Of a stretch of DNA of 64,000 nucleotides, positions 9,815 to 20,122 are shown piece after piece. A program made the position numbers and the translations under genes. The stretch's first letter is position 1; every line of letters begins with the position of its first letter. The notes beneath the pieces are model-generated. The model did no database searches. It had not been told where the DNA came from and saw nothing but the letters and a program-made list of their open reading frames with translations. Source of the stretch: an uncultured Actinomycetota bacterium (GTDB taxonomy: Bacteria; Actinomycetota; Actinomycetes; Mycobacteriales; Nakamurellaceae); the NCBI GenBank assembly GCA_963696065.1, contig CAVOIF010000007.1, forward strand, positions 208,707-272,706. Reading direction: 5' to 3'.

Positions 9815-10753
9815 TCAGCCGGCGGTGGTCAGCCGGTGGTCGCGCGGGCTGACCCCGCGGATCCGCTTGAAGGCGGTGCTGAGCGCAAAGGCGTTGCTGT
9901 AGCCGACCTGTCGGGCCACAGATGCGATCGTCGCGGCCGGTTCCCGGAGCAGGTCGGCGGCCAGCGCCAGCCGCCACTGGGTCAGATAGGCCATCGGCGG
10001 GGTCCCCATCACTGCCGTGAAGCGGCGGGCCAATGCCGCCCGGGAGACGCCGACACCGATGGCGAGCGAGGCGACCGTCCAGGGTCGCGCCGGATCGTCG
10101 TGGATCAATCGCAGCGCCGCGCTGACGATGGCGTCATCCCGGAAAGGGTGTCCACCGGGTGCGTTCTCGTCGGGGCGTGCCGACCACGCGCGCAGGGCGT
10201 CGACCAGCACCAGGTCGAGCAGCCGGTCAAGGACCACCTCCTGGCCGGGATCCTCGGTGCGCATCTCATCGCTCAGCAGGGACAGGAAGCGGCCGTCCCA
10301 ACCGTCCTGGGTCACCACGATGACCGGCGGCAGAGCGGCGAGCAGCAGCCGGCTGACCTCGCTGGGGGACTGGTAGGTGCCGGTCAGCATGGTCACCGAG
10401 CCGGAAGCCGTGTCGCCCCAGGTCCGCGGTCCGAGAGTCATTGCCTCGCAAAGCTCGTCACCGTCCATGGTGGTACTGAACTGACCTGGATGGATGATCA
10501 CCCTCGGTGGCGTCGACGGGTCGTCCGCAACCGTGTAGTGCTCGGGACCGCGGACGATCGCCACCCCGCCGGGGCGGAGCTCGACGGGTTCGCCACGGTC
10601 CGGCAGCAACCAACCGCCGCCCTGCAGGATCGCGATGATCGTGAGCGGAGCCTCGTCCCGGATCCGTATCGACCAGGGCGCGGTCAGGATGGAGCGGACC
10701 AGGAAGGCACCTCGGGCGCGAGGCCCGCTCAACAATCCGGTGACGGCGTCCAT
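9815..10753 (-). CDS. AraC family regulator (N-terminal cupin_6 domain)
   Basis: 'MDAVTGLLSGPRARGAF' N-terminus; 'PWTVASLA...GVSRAALARRF'; 'VGYSNAFALSTAFKR'. Start inferred at ATG 10753. Confidence 0.9.
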   Translation of the reverse strand: MDAVTGLLSGPRARGAFLVRSILTAPWSIRIRDEAPLTIIAILQGGGWLLPDRGEPVELRPGGVAIVRGPEHYTVADDPSTPPRVIIHPGQFSTTMDGDELCEAMTLGPRTWGDTASGSVTMLTGTYQSPSEVSRLLLAALPPVIVVTQDGWDGRFLSLLSDEMRTEDPGQEVVLDRLLDLVLVDALRAWSARPDENAPGGHPFRDDAIVSAALRLIHDDPARPWTVASLAIGVGVSRAALARRFTAVMGTPPMAYLTQWRLALAADLLREPAATIASVARQVGYSNAFALSTAFKRIRGVSPRDHRLTTAG

Positions 10754-10762
10754 GTCGCCGAC

Positions 10763-10796
10763 TCTAGACGCTCGGACATGAAGTCGAGCGTCCAGA
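10763..10796. promoter_or_regulatory. Inverted repeat between the divergent AraC and DUF1772 genes
   Basis: TCTAGACGCTCG (10763-10774), 10-nt spacer, CGAGCGTCCAGA (10785-10796); 11/12 complementary. Confidence 0.6.
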
Positions 10797-10835
10797 CCAT
10801 GGAGAGTCTCAGCAATCGGCGCTTCACTGGTCGTC

Positions 10836-11300
10836 ATGACACTGACTTTGCTGATCGCGGCGACGATCTCGACGGGCCTGGTGGCCGGGCTCTTCTACGG
10901 CTTCGCCTGCGCAGTCATGCCCGGCCTGGGACAGGTCGACGACGCTTCGTTCGTCACCGTCTTCCGGGCGATCAACCGCCGAATCCTGAACGGCTGGTTC
11001 ATGATCGCCTTCGTCGGTTCGCCTTTGTTGATCGTCGCCACCGGTGTCGCCCAGTTCGTGGTGGGCGGCCCGCAGCCGTGGGAGCCGCTGGCGACCGCCG
11101 CCGCGCTGACGGTCATCTCCTCGGCGATTACCGGCCGGGTCAACGTGCCGCTGAACAACGCGCTCGATGCGGCCGGTTCGGGCGACCCGGCACGGCAGCG
11201 GTCGGCGTTCGAGACCCGTTGGCGTCGGGCCAACATCGCCAGGTCGGTGGCGTCGTCCGCGGCCTTCGGCGCTCTGGTCTGGGCGATCGCGATCAGCTGA
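10836..11300 (+). CDS. DUF1772 / anthrone oxygenase family membrane protein
   Basis: 'GLVAGLFYGFACAVMPGL', 'NVPLNNAL', 'FETRWRRANIAR'. Confidence 0.85.
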   Translation: MTLTLLIAATISTGLVAGLFYGFACAVMPGLGQVDDASFVTVFRAINRRILNGWFMIAFVGSPLLIVATGVAQFVVGGPQPWEPLATAAALTVISSAITGRVNVPLNNALDAAGSGDPARQRSAFETRWRRANIARSVASSAAFGALVWAIAIS

Positions 11301-12354
11301 GCAGGATCACAACATCGGCGGCCGCGGAGTCCCGCGCGGCGTCGAGCACGGTCGCGGTGGCCACCGCGTCCTTCGGGTCGACAGGTGGTAGTCCGTCACC
11401 GGCCATCGCGCGGGCCACGGCCGGGTAGTAGGTGTCCCACCGGCCGCGCTCGCTCGGGACCCGATCGGCGCCGCTCCCGGTGTACAGCAGTCCCCAGGCC
11501 GACTCCGGCTCGACGCCCCAGTCAGAGCCGAGGGACGCCGGCGATCCGCCGGCTTTGAGCTGCTCCTCCTGCACGTCGAAACCGTCGATGACGAACCCGC
11601 CGAGCCGCCCGTTCACCTGGAACCGGGGCCCCGGCGCGGCCGATGCCATGCCGGCCGCCAGCGTCGACCGCACACCTCCGGCATGGGTCAGGTGCAGCTC
11701 GATCTCGTCCTCGGCACCTGCGCCATCCCGGATCGTCCTGAGTTCGGCGTGCACCGCGGTGACCGGTCCGAACAGGTGCAGTGCCTGGTCGATGAGGTGC
11801 GGGCCGAGGTCGAGCAGGGTGCCGCCGCCGTCCGCGACGGTTCCGCCGTGCCAGCTGCCCTTGACCGGCCGGAACCGGTCGATCCGGGAGGTGAACCGAT
11901 GCACCTCGCCGAGCGCGCCGTCGGCGATCAGCCGGCGCAGGGTCAGCAGGTCGCTGTCCCATCGCCGGTTCTGGTACGGGGTGATGACCAGGCCGACGCC
12001 GGCCGCATGTTCGACGAGCTCGCGGGCGTCCGCCGCGGTCAGCGCGAACGGTTTGTCGACCACCACGTGCAGGCCCAGCTCCAACGCTTCGTGCGCCAAC
12101 GCGGCGTGGGTGGAGGTGGGTGTGGTGATCGTCACGCCCTGGACGCCCAATGCCGCCAGGTCCGCGAGCCCGCCGACCGGGGTGGCGCCGGGAAGCTCGG
12201 CCCGCACCTGCGCCTGCCGCTCGGGGGAGCCGGTGACCACCGCCACCAGCTCCAACCCGGTCGCCGACGAGATCAGCGGTCGATGGAAGGTGCGGCCACC
12301 CGCGCCGTACCCGGCAAGCGCCCAACGAAACGATGCATCCTGGTCAGTGCCCAT
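11293..12354 (-). CDS. Gfo/Idh/MocA family oxidoreductase
   Basis: Rossmann '[11 protein letters not shown]', 'HVVVDKPF', 'YQNRRWD', '[10 protein letters not shown]'. Confidence 0.9.
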   Translation of the reverse strand: MGTDQDASFRWALAGYGAGGRTFHRPLISSATGLELVAVVTGSPERQAQVRAELPGATPVGGLADLAALGVQGVTITTPTSTHAALAHEALELGLHVVVDKPFALTAADARELVEHAAGVGLVITPYQNRRWDSDLLTLRRLIADGALGEVHRFTSRIDRFRPVKGSWHGGTVADGGGTLLDLGPHLIDQALHLFGPVTAVHAELRTIRDGAGAEDEIELHLTHAGGVRSTLAAGMASAAPGPRFQVNGRLGGFVIDGFDVQEEQLKAGGSPASLGSDWGVEPESAWGLLYTGSGADRVPSERGRWDTYYPAVARAMAGDGLPPVDPKDAVATATVLDAARDSAAADVVILLS

Positions 12355-12399
12355 CGGGCCATCCTTGCGTTGGGCCGACCGAGTCGCAGAATGTGGGCC

Positions 12400-12421
12400 T
12401 GTCGGACCTCACGCCTAGCAT
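12400..12421 (+). promoter_or_regulatory. RecA-NDp-type (PafBC-dependent) promoter upstream of uvrA
   Basis: TGTCGG-ACCTCACGCC-TAGCAT exactly matches TGTCGG-N10-TANNNT. GTG at 12429 lies 7 nt downstream, consistent with a leaderless transcript. Confidence 0.8.
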
Positions 12422-12428
12422 GTGCAGC

Positions 12429-15400
12429 GTGATAGACCACCTCATCGTGCGCGGCGCCCGCGAGCACAATCTGCGGAACGTCGACATCACGCTCCCGCGC
12501 GATTCGCTGGTGGTTTTCACCGGGCTCTCGGGGTCGGGCAAGTCGTCGTTGGCGTTCGACACCATCTTCGCCGAGGGCCAGCGCCGGTACGTCGAGTCGT
12601 TGTCGTCCTATGCCCGGCAGTTCCTCGGCCAGATGGACAAGCCCGATGTCGACTTCATCGAGGGTCTGTCGCCGGCGGTGTCGATCGACCAGAAGTCGAC
12701 CTCCCGTAACCCGCGGTCGACGGTCGGCACGATCACCGAGATCTACGACTATCTCCGGTTGCTGTTCGCGCGGATCGGCCATCCGCACTGCCCGGTGTGC
12801 GGTGAGCCGATCGCCAAACAGACTCCCCAGCAGATCGTCGATCGGGTGCTGGAGATGCCGGAAGGCACCAGGTTCCAGGTGCTGGCGCCGGTGATCCGAG
12901 AGCGCAAGGGCGAATACGTCGACCTGATGACCGACCTGCAGTCCAAGGGCTACTCGCGGGTGCGGATCGACGGGACCGTCTACCCGCTCACCGATCCGCC
13001 GAAGCTGAAGAAGCAGGAGAAGCACTCGATCGAGGTAGTCGTCGACCGCCTGGTGATCCGGGCGACCGCGAAGCAGCGGATCACCGACTCCGTCGAGGTC
13101 GGGCTCGGACTTGCCGACGGTGTGGTCATCCTGGACTTCGTCGATTTGGACGAGGACGACCCGCTGCGCGAACGCCGCTACTCCGAGCGACTGGCCTGCC
13201 CGAACGATCACCGGCTGGCGCTGGATGAACTCGAGCCGCGGTCGTTCTCCTTCAACTCGCCGTTCGGCGCCTGCCCCGAGTGCACGGGCCTCGGTACCCG
13301 GAAAGAGGTCGATCCCGAGCTGGTGGTGCCGGACGGCGCCGCCTCGCTCGGCGGCGGGGCCATCCACCCGTGGTCGGCCGGCACCACCAGCGAGTACTTC
13401 ACGCGGCTGCTCCAGGGGCTGGCCGAGGTGATGGGCTTTTCCATGGACACCGCGTGGGACATGCTGCCGCCGCACGTCCGCAAGGCGGTGCTGCACGGGG
13501 TCGACGAGCAGGTCCACGTGACCTACCGCAACCGGTACAACCGGCAACGGTCGTACTACGCCGAATTCGAGGGCGTCATCCCGTTCCTCGAGCGCCGCGC
13601 CGCGCAGACCGACTCCGATTTCGCCCGGGAGAAGTACGAGGGCTACATGCGGGAGGTGCCCTGCCCCGCATGCCACGGCACCCGGCTCAAGCCCGAGATC
13701 CTCGCCGTCACCATCGAGCACTCCGAGCTCGGCCGGCAGAACATCTCCGAGCTCTCGGCGATGTCGATCAAGGATGCGGCCGCGTTCTTCCCCGGGCTTG
13801 TGCTGTCCGAGCGGGATCGGATGATTGCCGAACGGGTGCTCAAGGAGGTGCTCGCGCGGCTCGGGTTCCTGTTGGACGTCGGCCTCGACTATCTGTCGCT
13901 GAACCGGCCGGCGGCCACCCTGTCCGGCGGCGAGGCGCAGCGGATCCGGCTGGCCACCCAGATCGGCTCCGGGCTGGTCGGGGTGCTGTATGTGCTCGAC
14001 GAACCGTCGATCGGGCTGCACCAGCGAGACAACCATCGGCTGATCCAAACCCTCACCAGGCTGCGCGATCTCGGCAACACCCTGATCGTGGTCGAGCACG
14101 ACGAAGACACCATCCGGACCGCCGACTGGGTGGTGGACATCGGGCCGGGCGCCGGCGAGCACGGTGGCAAGGTGGTGGTGTCCGGAACTGTGCACGACCT
14201 GGAATCGTCGGCCGAGTCGATCACCGGTGCCTACATCTCCGGACGGCGGGAGATCGCGGTGCCGCTGGTCCGGCGGCCGGCGAACAAACGACGCAAGCTG
14301 ACCGTCGTCGGTGCCAGGGAGAACAACCTGCGCGACATCACCGTGGATTTCCCGCTCGGCACACTCATTGCGGTGACCGGGGTTTCGGGTTCCGGCAAGT
14401 CCACCTTGGTCAACGACATCCTGCACGCCGTCTTGGCCAACCGGATCAACGGCGCCAGGTTGGTGCCCGGTCGGCACACCAGGGTCACCGGCGTCGACGA
14501 GGTCGACAAGGTGGTCGGCGTCGATCAGTCGCCGATCGGCCGCACTCCGCGGTCAAACCCGGCGACCTACACGGGCGTGTTCGATCACGTCCGGAAGCTG
14601 TTCGCGTCGACCACCGAGGCGAAGGTGCGGGGTTACCAGCAGGGCCGGTTCTCGTTCAACGTCAAGGGTGGTCGGTGCGAGGCCTGCGCCGGTGACGGCA
14701 CCTTGAAGATCGAGATGAACTTCCTCCCGGACATCTACGTGCCCTGCGAGGTGTGCAAGGGCGCCCGGTTCAACCGCGAGACGCTCGAGGTCCACTACAA
14801 GGGCAAGAACATCGCCGAGGTGCTGGACACAACGATCGAGGAGGCGGCCGAATTCTTCGAGGCCATCGGTCCGATCCACCGGCACCTCAAGACGCTGGTC
14901 GAGGTCGGTCTCGGGTATGTCCGGCTGGGTCAGCCGGCGCCCACCCTGTCCGGCGGCGAGGCCCAGCGGGTGAAGTTGGCCTCCGAACTGCAGAAGCGCT
15001 CCACCGGCCGGACGGTGTACGTGCTGGACGAGCCGACCACGGGTCTGCATTTCGCCGATGTCGAGAAGCTGCTGGGAGTGGTCAACGGGCTGGTCGACAA
15101 GGGCAATACGGTGATCGTCATCGAGCACAATCTCGACGTGATCAAGACCGCCGACCACGTCATCGACATGGGTCCGGAAGGTGGTTCGGGCGGCGGTCTG
15201 GTGATCGCCGAAGGCACGCCGGAGGAGATCGCTGCCAATCCCGACTCCTACACCGGCCAGTTCCTGGCGCCGATCCTCGCCGGGCGGGCGGCCAGGACCG
15301 GCCGCGCCGGCGTCGCGGCGGCAACCGTCCGCAAACCCGCGGTGAAGCGGCCGGCGGCCAAGGCGAAGTCGGTCGCCGACCGAAACCGGCTGCCACGAAA

Positions 15401-15569
15401 CCGGTTGCTGCGAAGTCCGTTTCCCCGACGAACGGCGCCACGAGCAGCCCGGTGCGGTTGGCGACGGTCAACGGCACCAGCACGAACGGCACCGGTTCCA
15501 ACGGCGGTGGCACTATTGGCAGTGGCACTGCTGGCAGTGGCACCAACGGGAAGCCGAGGGCAGCGGTAG
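12429..15569 (+). CDS. uvrA: Excinuclease ABC subunit A; true end may be 15607 after an apparent frameshift near 15379
   Basis: '[13 protein letters not shown]', two Walker A motifs ([16 protein letters not shown]), two LSGGEAQR signatures, CxxC zinc fingers. Confidence 0.97.
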   Translation: MIDHLIVRGAREHNLRNVDITLPRDSLVVFTGLSGSGKSSLAFDTIFAEGQRRYVESLSSYARQFLGQMDKPDVDFIEGLSPAVSIDQKSTSRNPRSTVGTITEIYDYLRLLFARIGHPHCPVCGEPIAKQTPQQIVDRVLEMPEGTRFQVLAPVIRERKGEYVDLMTDLQSKGYSRVRIDGTVYPLTDPPKLKKQEKHSIEVVVDRLVIRATAKQRITDSVEVGLGLADGVVILDFVDLDEDDPLRERRYSERLACPNDHRLALDELEPRSFSFNSPFGACPECTGLGTRKEVDPELVVPDGAASLGGGAIHPWSAGTTSEYFTRLLQGLAEVMGFSMDTAWDMLPPHVRKAVLHGVDEQVHVTYRNRYNRQRSYYAEFEGVIPFLERRAAQTDSDFAREKYEGYMREVPCPACHGTRLKPEILAVTIEHSELGRQNISELSAMSIKDAAAFFPGLVLSERDRMIAERVLKEVLARLGFLLDVGLDYLSLNRPAATLSGGEAQRIRLATQIGSGLVGVLYVLDEPSIGLHQRDNHRLIQTLTRLRDLGNTLIVVEHDEDTIRTADWVVDIGPGAGEHGGKVVVSGTVHDLESSAESITGAYISGRREIAVPLVRRPANKRRKLTVVGARENNLRDITVDFPLGTLIAVTGVSGSGKSTLVNDILHAVLANRINGARLVPGRHTRVTGVDEVDKVVGVDQSPIGRTPRSNPATYTGVFDHVRKLFASTTEAKVRGYQQGRFSFNVKGGRCEACAGDGTLKIEMNFLPDIYVPCEVCKGARFNRETLEVHYKGKNIAEVLDTTIEEAAEFFEAIGPIHRHLKTLVEVGLGYVRLGQPAPTLSGGEAQRVKLASELQKRSTGRTVYVLDEPTTGLHFADVEKLLGVVNGLVDKGNTVIVIEHNLDVIKTADHVIDMGPEGGSGGGLVIAEGTPEEIAANPDSYTGQFLAPILAGRAARTGRAGVAAATVRKPAVKRPAAKAKSVADRNRLPRNRLLRSPFPRRTAPRAARCGWRRSTAPARTAPVPTAVALLAVALLAVAPTGSRGQR

Positions 15570-15625
15570 CGGCACAGGCGCGGCGACGGGCGGCCAAGCT
15601 GATCTAACGGCGGCTGATCTGACCG

Positions 15626-16432
15626 TCACCAGGTGTCGGTGAGCCGGGTGGTCGCCAGGAACGCCTGTCCGTCCGATTCTCGGAGTAGCACGAAACGTCC
15701 GGTGACGGCGGACTTCTCGATGCCGCCTCGACCGGTGCCGCGTTGATCGGTGCCGACTCGATCGGTGCGGCCCTGGCTGAGACCGCGGCGGCCCAGGTGC
15801 CACACCAGCACCCGGTCGCCTTCGCGCAGTGCTTCAGCGTCGCTGCGCGCGTGCACGATCAGCGCGCCACCGCCTGGCGCAGAGATGTCGGCCACCGACG
15901 ACTCACCACCGCCTGGCGCCGAGGTCTGATCGGTTAACGGGTCGCTGGTGTCGAGGTGCACCGGGACCACCACCGCACCCAGTCGCCGCTTGATCGGCGC
16001 TCCTTGCTTGGGGGGTGAGAGTGGTCGCGGCGGACCGACGATCGCCACCCGCGGCTGCGGTTTCGCCGGTCCGACCGCATCCGACGGCGCCGTTGTCACC
16101 AACGACTCCGCTGCCGCCGTCCGAGCCGTGGAATCCAATCGAGCCGACGAATCCAACTGATCCGATGGTGGGGATGCATCCGGCAACACCGATAGCCGGG
16201 TCGACGTCCACAGTGCCGCTTGCCGGGCAAGAAATACCGCTCCGATCACCAGCGCGCCGGCGATCAGCGTCGCGACGGCGGAGACCAAACCCCACGACGT
16301 CAGCGCCACCGCGAGCAGCACTGCTGCACCGACGGCCAGCAGGATCGTTGCTGCCAACCGGCACCGGCGCCCGAGCCGCAGCGACACCTCACCGTCCCGG
16401 TCGCCGACGGTCGGCCCGAACTCAGCCACCAT
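15626..16432 (-). CDS. Hypothetical membrane-anchored protein (two N-terminal TM helices, P/S/A-rich linker)
   Basis: 268-aa ORF filling the gap between uvrA and dyp; hydrophobic residues at about 25-70; no family recognised. Confidence 0.55.
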   Translation of the reverse strand: MVAEFGPTVGDRDGEVSLRLGRRCRLAATILLAVGAAVLLAVALTSWGLVSAVATLIAGALVIGAVFLARQAALWTSTRLSVLPDASPPSDQLDSSARLDSTARTAAAESLVTTAPSDAVGPAKPQPRVAIVGPPRPLSPPKQGAPIKRRLGAVVVPVHLDTSDPLTDQTSAPGGGESSVADISAPGGGALIVHARSDAEALREGDRVLVWHLGRRGLSQGRTDRVGTDQRGTGRGGIEKSAVTGRFVLLRESDGQAFLATTRLTDTW

Positions 16433-16543
16433 CGGCTGCGTTTCCGGACCTGCGCGTCATCACCGAACCGTAGCCAAGGCCTGAGCACCGCGGCGGGTCA
16501 GGCCGGTGGACCGGTTCGTCCGGTTGTCGGCAATACTCGTCGC

Positions 16544-17575
16544 GTGGCAGCAGTCGACGACCCCGAACCTCAGGCAGTGCTGAACGCCCTGAGTGAGGCC
16601 GCAGTTTTCCTGGTGCTGTCCGCGAATGATCGGCCCGGCGCTGATGACCGACTGCTCGATGTCGTCTCGGACATCAACTCGTTGGTGCGGGCGGTCGGGT
16701 TTCGCCAGTCGTCGAAGGCGATGGGCAGCGGACCGTTGTCCTGCGTCGTCGGGTTCGGCTCGTCGTACTGGGATCGCATTCGGCCGGCGGCCGATGCGAG
16801 ACCCGTTGGCCTGCATCCGTTCCGTCCGATCAAAGGTGCAGTGCACGACGCCCCGGCCACTCCCGGCGACGTTCTGCTGCACATCCGCGCGGATCGCTCC
16901 GACATCACCTTCGAGCTCAGCCGACAGATCATGGCGGCGCTCGGCCCCTGGGTGACCGTGCAGGATCACGTCACCGGCTTCCGCTACTTCGACGCGCGGG
17001 ATCTGCTCGGTTTCGTCGACGGCACGGAGAACCCGACCGGCCGCGGTGCCGCTGCCGCTGCGCTGATCGGTTCCAGCGAACCGGATTTCGTGAACGGTAG
17101 CTACGTCATCGTGCAGAAGTACCTGCACGACCTGCAGGCCTGGGGTCAGCTGAGCACCGAGGCGCAGGAGCGGATCATCGGTCGCACGAAGCTGGACGAC
17201 ATCGAGATCGACGACGATGTCCGCCCGACGAACTCGCACGTCTCGCTGAACACCATTGTCGACGAGAACGGCGTCGAGCAGGACATTCTCCGGGACAACA
17301 TGGTGTTCGGCGACGCCGGCGCCGATGAGTACGGCACCTACTACATCGCCTACGCCGCCGACTCGGCCGTCACCGAGCAGATGCTGGTCAACATGTTCGT
17401 CGGTCACCCTGCCGGCAATTACGACCGCATCCTGGACGTGTCCACCGCGGTGACCGGAACACTGTTCTTCGTGCCGTCGCTGGACCTGCTCGAGTCGCTC
17501 GGCGAGGAGGACAACACCGCAACCCCCTCCGACGGGTCGTTGGGGATCGGCAGTCTCAAGGGAGAACCACAGTGA
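16544..17575 (+). CDS. dyp: Dye-decolorizing (DyP-type) peroxidase with C-terminal encapsulin cargo-loading peptide
   Basis: 'DLLGFVDGTENP' (GxxDG), distal 'ILRDNM', 'NSHV', C-terminal DGSLGIGSLKG. Start GTG 16544 inferred from a -10-like hexamer 6 nt upstream. Confidence 0.93.
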   Translation: MAAVDDPEPQAVLNALSEAAVFLVLSANDRPGADDRLLDVVSDINSLVRAVGFRQSSKAMGSGPLSCVVGFGSSYWDRIRPAADARPVGLHPFRPIKGAVHDAPATPGDVLLHIRADRSDITFELSRQIMAALGPWVTVQDHVTGFRYFDARDLLGFVDGTENPTGRGAAAAALIGSSEPDFVNGSYVIVQKYLHDLQAWGQLSTEAQERIIGRTKLDDIEIDDDVRPTNSHVSLNTIVDENGVEQDILRDNMVFGDAGADEYGTYYIAYAADSAVTEQMLVNMFVGHPAGNYDRILDVSTAVTGTLFFVPSLDLLESLGEEDNTATPSDGSLGIGSLKGEPQ

Positions 17576-18390
17576 CAAGTTCGTCCGACACTGACAACAA
17601 CCTGCATCGCGCGCTGGCGCCGATCTCCGACGTCGCATGGCAACAGATCGCCGAGGAAGCCTCCCGCACCATCAAGCGGAACCTCGCCGCACGCCGGGTG
17701 GTCGACGTGGATGGACCACACGGCTACGGGCACGCGTCCGTCACCACCGGTCATGTGTCGGAGATCGCCGCGCCCACCGCCGAGGTTCGAGCCCGGCTCC
17801 GCGACGTGCTGCCGTTGGTCGAGATCCGGGTGCCGTTCACCCTCGACCGGTTGGCCATCGATGACGTCGCCAGGGGATCGCAGGACTCCGATTGGCAGCC
17901 GGTCAAGGACGCCGCGACGATCATCGCCCACACCGAGGATCGGGCCGTGTTCGAGGGCTACCCCGCGGCGTCGATTCAGGGAATCGGCGGCTCGTCGAGC
18001 AACCCCGCGATCCCGCTTCCCGAGGATCCCCGCAACTACCCGGACGCCGTTGCACAGGCGTTGTCGGAGCTGCGGTTGGCCGGCGTCGAGGGGCCGTACG
18101 CCCTGGTGCTGGACGCCGAGGCGTACACCGCAGTATCCGAAACCCGCGATCACGGCTATCCGATCCTTGCTCAGCTCAACCGGCTGGTGCCCGACGCCAT
18201 CGTCTGGGCGCCGGCGTTGCGGGGTGGATACCTGCTCACCACGCGAGGCGGCGACTTCGAGCTGACCATCGGCCAGGACGTCAGCATCGGGTATCTGCGG
18301 CACACCGACACCACCGTCGACCTCTACCTGCAGGAGACCTTCACCTTCTCGCCCTACACCGGCGAGGCATCGGTCTACCTCACCCGCTGA
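17572..18390 (+). CDS. Family 1 encapsulin shell protein (linocin M18/Cfp29-like)
   Basis: 'NNLHRALAPISDVAWQQI', 'ARRVVDVDGPHG', 'RGGDFELTIGQDVSIGY'; GTGA overlap with dyp. Confidence 0.95.
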   Translation: MTSSSDTDNNLHRALAPISDVAWQQIAEEASRTIKRNLAARRVVDVDGPHGYGHASVTTGHVSEIAAPTAEVRARLRDVLPLVEIRVPFTLDRLAIDDVARGSQDSDWQPVKDAATIIAHTEDRAVFEGYPAASIQGIGGSSSNPAIPLPEDPRNYPDAVAQALSELRLAGVEGPYALVLDAEAYTAVSETRDHGYPILAQLNRLVPDAIVWAPALRGGYLLTTRGGDFELTIGQDVSIGYLRHTDTTVDLYLQETFTFSPYTGEASVYLTR

Positions 18391-18813
18391 GCGGACCCGC
18401 CTCTGTCCGGATTGTCTCTATCGCGGAAACATTTCTGCGCGGCGCCCGACGGCGAAGTGGAGGCTCTGCGGGCGGTTGCGCCAGGGCGACGCGGGTATGG
18501 CTGGTTGTTGCCGACAGGTCCGGAGCGAGGCGCCACTGCGGATCGAACGCGGCGCCTACGTCACCGCATGCCTTGATGTACCGAGCTGGCGTGTCCGGTT
18601 TGTTCCGAATGGCGATATCGCGGAAACACTCCGCTCAATGCCGTGTCCGAATTGTTGATTCCACGGAACGCAGCTGGCCCCGGCAAGACCTATATGCCGC
18701 GCGGGGTTCGGTTGGTACAGGCAGCGGCGGCGGACCAGACCGCGACCGCAGGGGCGGGCCTGCACATCGCGTGCGTCCGGAGCGGCACTCCCGCTCTGCG
18801 ACAATCTGTCCCC

Positions 18814-19077
18814 GTGAAGACGTTCGAGTCCCTGTTCGCGGAACTCACCGACCGGGCTGAGTCCAGGCCGGCCGGGTCCGGCACCGTCGACGCCCTCGAT
18901 GCCGGGGTGCATGCGCAGGGCAAGAAGTTGCTGGAAGAAGCCGGAGAGGTCTGGATCGCCGCCGAACACGAGGACGACGACAGCCTCGCGTTGGAGATCT
19001 CGCAGCTGATCTACCGGGCCCAGGTGATCATGATCGGCCGGGGGATCAGTCTCGAGCAGGTGTACCGGCATCTCTAG
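18814..19077 (+). CDS. hisE: Phosphoribosyl-ATP pyrophosphatase
   Basis: '[10 protein letters not shown]', '[18 protein letters not shown]', 'EISQLIY'; adjacent to hisG. Confidence 0.93.
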   Translation: MKTFESLFAELTDRAESRPAGSGTVDALDAGVHAQGKKLLEEAGEVWIAAEHEDDDSLALEISQLIYRAQVIMIGRGISLEQVYRHL

Positions 19078-19121
19078 CGGCCGGCGCCGAACCGCCGGAG
19101 CAATCCGGCCGCCGATCCACC

Positions 19122-19149
19122 TGCCGCTTGCCGCATGCCGCATGCCGCG
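19122..19149 (+). repeat. 7-bp tandem repeat (TGCCGCN x4) in the hisE-hisG spacer
   Basis: TGCCGCT TGCCGCA TGCCGCA TGCCGCG. Confidence 0.7.
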
Positions 19150-19229
19150 ACTGATCCACCACACCTGGCACCAACCGCTGGTCGACACCGGCGCCGCCCG
19201 ACCGGGGCGATCCGAGAAGGAGTTCTGTG

Positions 19230-20075
19230 ATGTTGAAAGTGGCCGTGCCCAACAAGGGGACGCTCAGTGAGCCCGCCGCCGAAATGCTGCGGGAAGCGGG
19301 ATACCGGCAGCGGCACGAATCCCGGGACCTGACCGTGCTCGATCTCGCCAACGATGTCGAGTTCTTCTTCCTTCGGCCCAAGGACATCGCGGTCTACGTC
19401 GGCTCCGGCGAGCTGGACCTGGGCATCACCGGTCGGGATCTTGCCGCCGATTCCGGCGCGCCCGTGCAGGAGCTGATCAGCCTCGGCTTCGGCTACTCCA
19501 CGTTCCGCTACGCCGGGCCGGCCGATCAGGATTGGCATGTCTCCGACCTCGCGGGCAAGCGAATCGCGACCTCCTATCCGAACCTGGCCCGCAACGACCT
19601 GGCCGCGCACGGCATCGCCGCGCAGGTGATCCGGCTGGACGGGGCGGTGGAGATCTCGGTGCAGTTGGGACTCGCCGACGCCATCGCCGACGTCGTCGAC
19701 TCGGGGCGATCGCTGCGCCAGCACGGCCTGGTCGCATTCGGCGACGTCATCTGCGCGTCCGAGGCGGTGCTATTGACCCGGATGGACGCCGAGATCTCGT
19801 CGGCGGCCAAGCAACTGAGCAGCCGACTGCAGGGAGTGGTTTTCGCCCAGCAGTACCTGATGCTCGACTACGACTGCCCGGTCGAGCTGCTGGCCAGGGC
19901 CACCACCATCACGCCCGGCCTGGAGTCGCCCACCGTCGCTCCGCTGGCCGATCCCGACTGGCGTGCGGTCAGGGCCATGGTGCGGCGCGACGAGGTCAAC
20001 CCGGTGATGGACGCGCTCGCCGAACTCGGCGCGAAGGCGATCCTCGCCTCGGACATCCGGTCCTGCCGGCTGTAG
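19230..20075 (+). CDS. hisG: ATP phosphoribosyltransferase
   Basis: '[11 protein letters not shown]', '[10 protein letters not shown]', 'DLGITGRDL', '[20 protein letters not shown]'; AAGGAG RBS. Confidence 0.96.
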   Translation: MLKVAVPNKGTLSEPAAEMLREAGYRQRHESRDLTVLDLANDVEFFFLRPKDIAVYVGSGELDLGITGRDLAADSGAPVQELISLGFGYSTFRYAGPADQDWHVSDLAGKRIATSYPNLARNDLAAHGIAAQVIRLDGAVEISVQLGLADAIADVVDSGRSLRQHGLVAFGDVICASEAVLLTRMDAEISSAAKQLSSRLQGVVFAQQYLMLDYDCPVELLARATTITPGLESPTVAPLADPDWRAVRAMVRRDEVNPVMDALAELGAKAILASDIRSCRL

Positions 20076-20122
20076 CACGGCGCCAGCGCCAAGCACAGCC
20101 AGCGGCGAGAACCGGCGCAGGC

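Noticed and set aside
12273-14477. Long antisense ORFs (here 734 aa; similarly 26891-28528, 43534-44901, 49823-51454, 58432-60912)
   Set aside because: Shadow frames opposite well-recognised genes, expected in high-GC DNA; no motifs of their own.
16520-16546. RecA-NDp promoter upstream of dyp (TTGTCGG present)
   Set aside because: TGTCGG is not followed by N10-TANNNT; the spacing is wrong.
17572-18390. 'Bacteriocin' label for the linocin M18 homolog
   Set aside because: The family is established as an encapsulin shell, and the upstream DyP carries the cargo-loading peptide.
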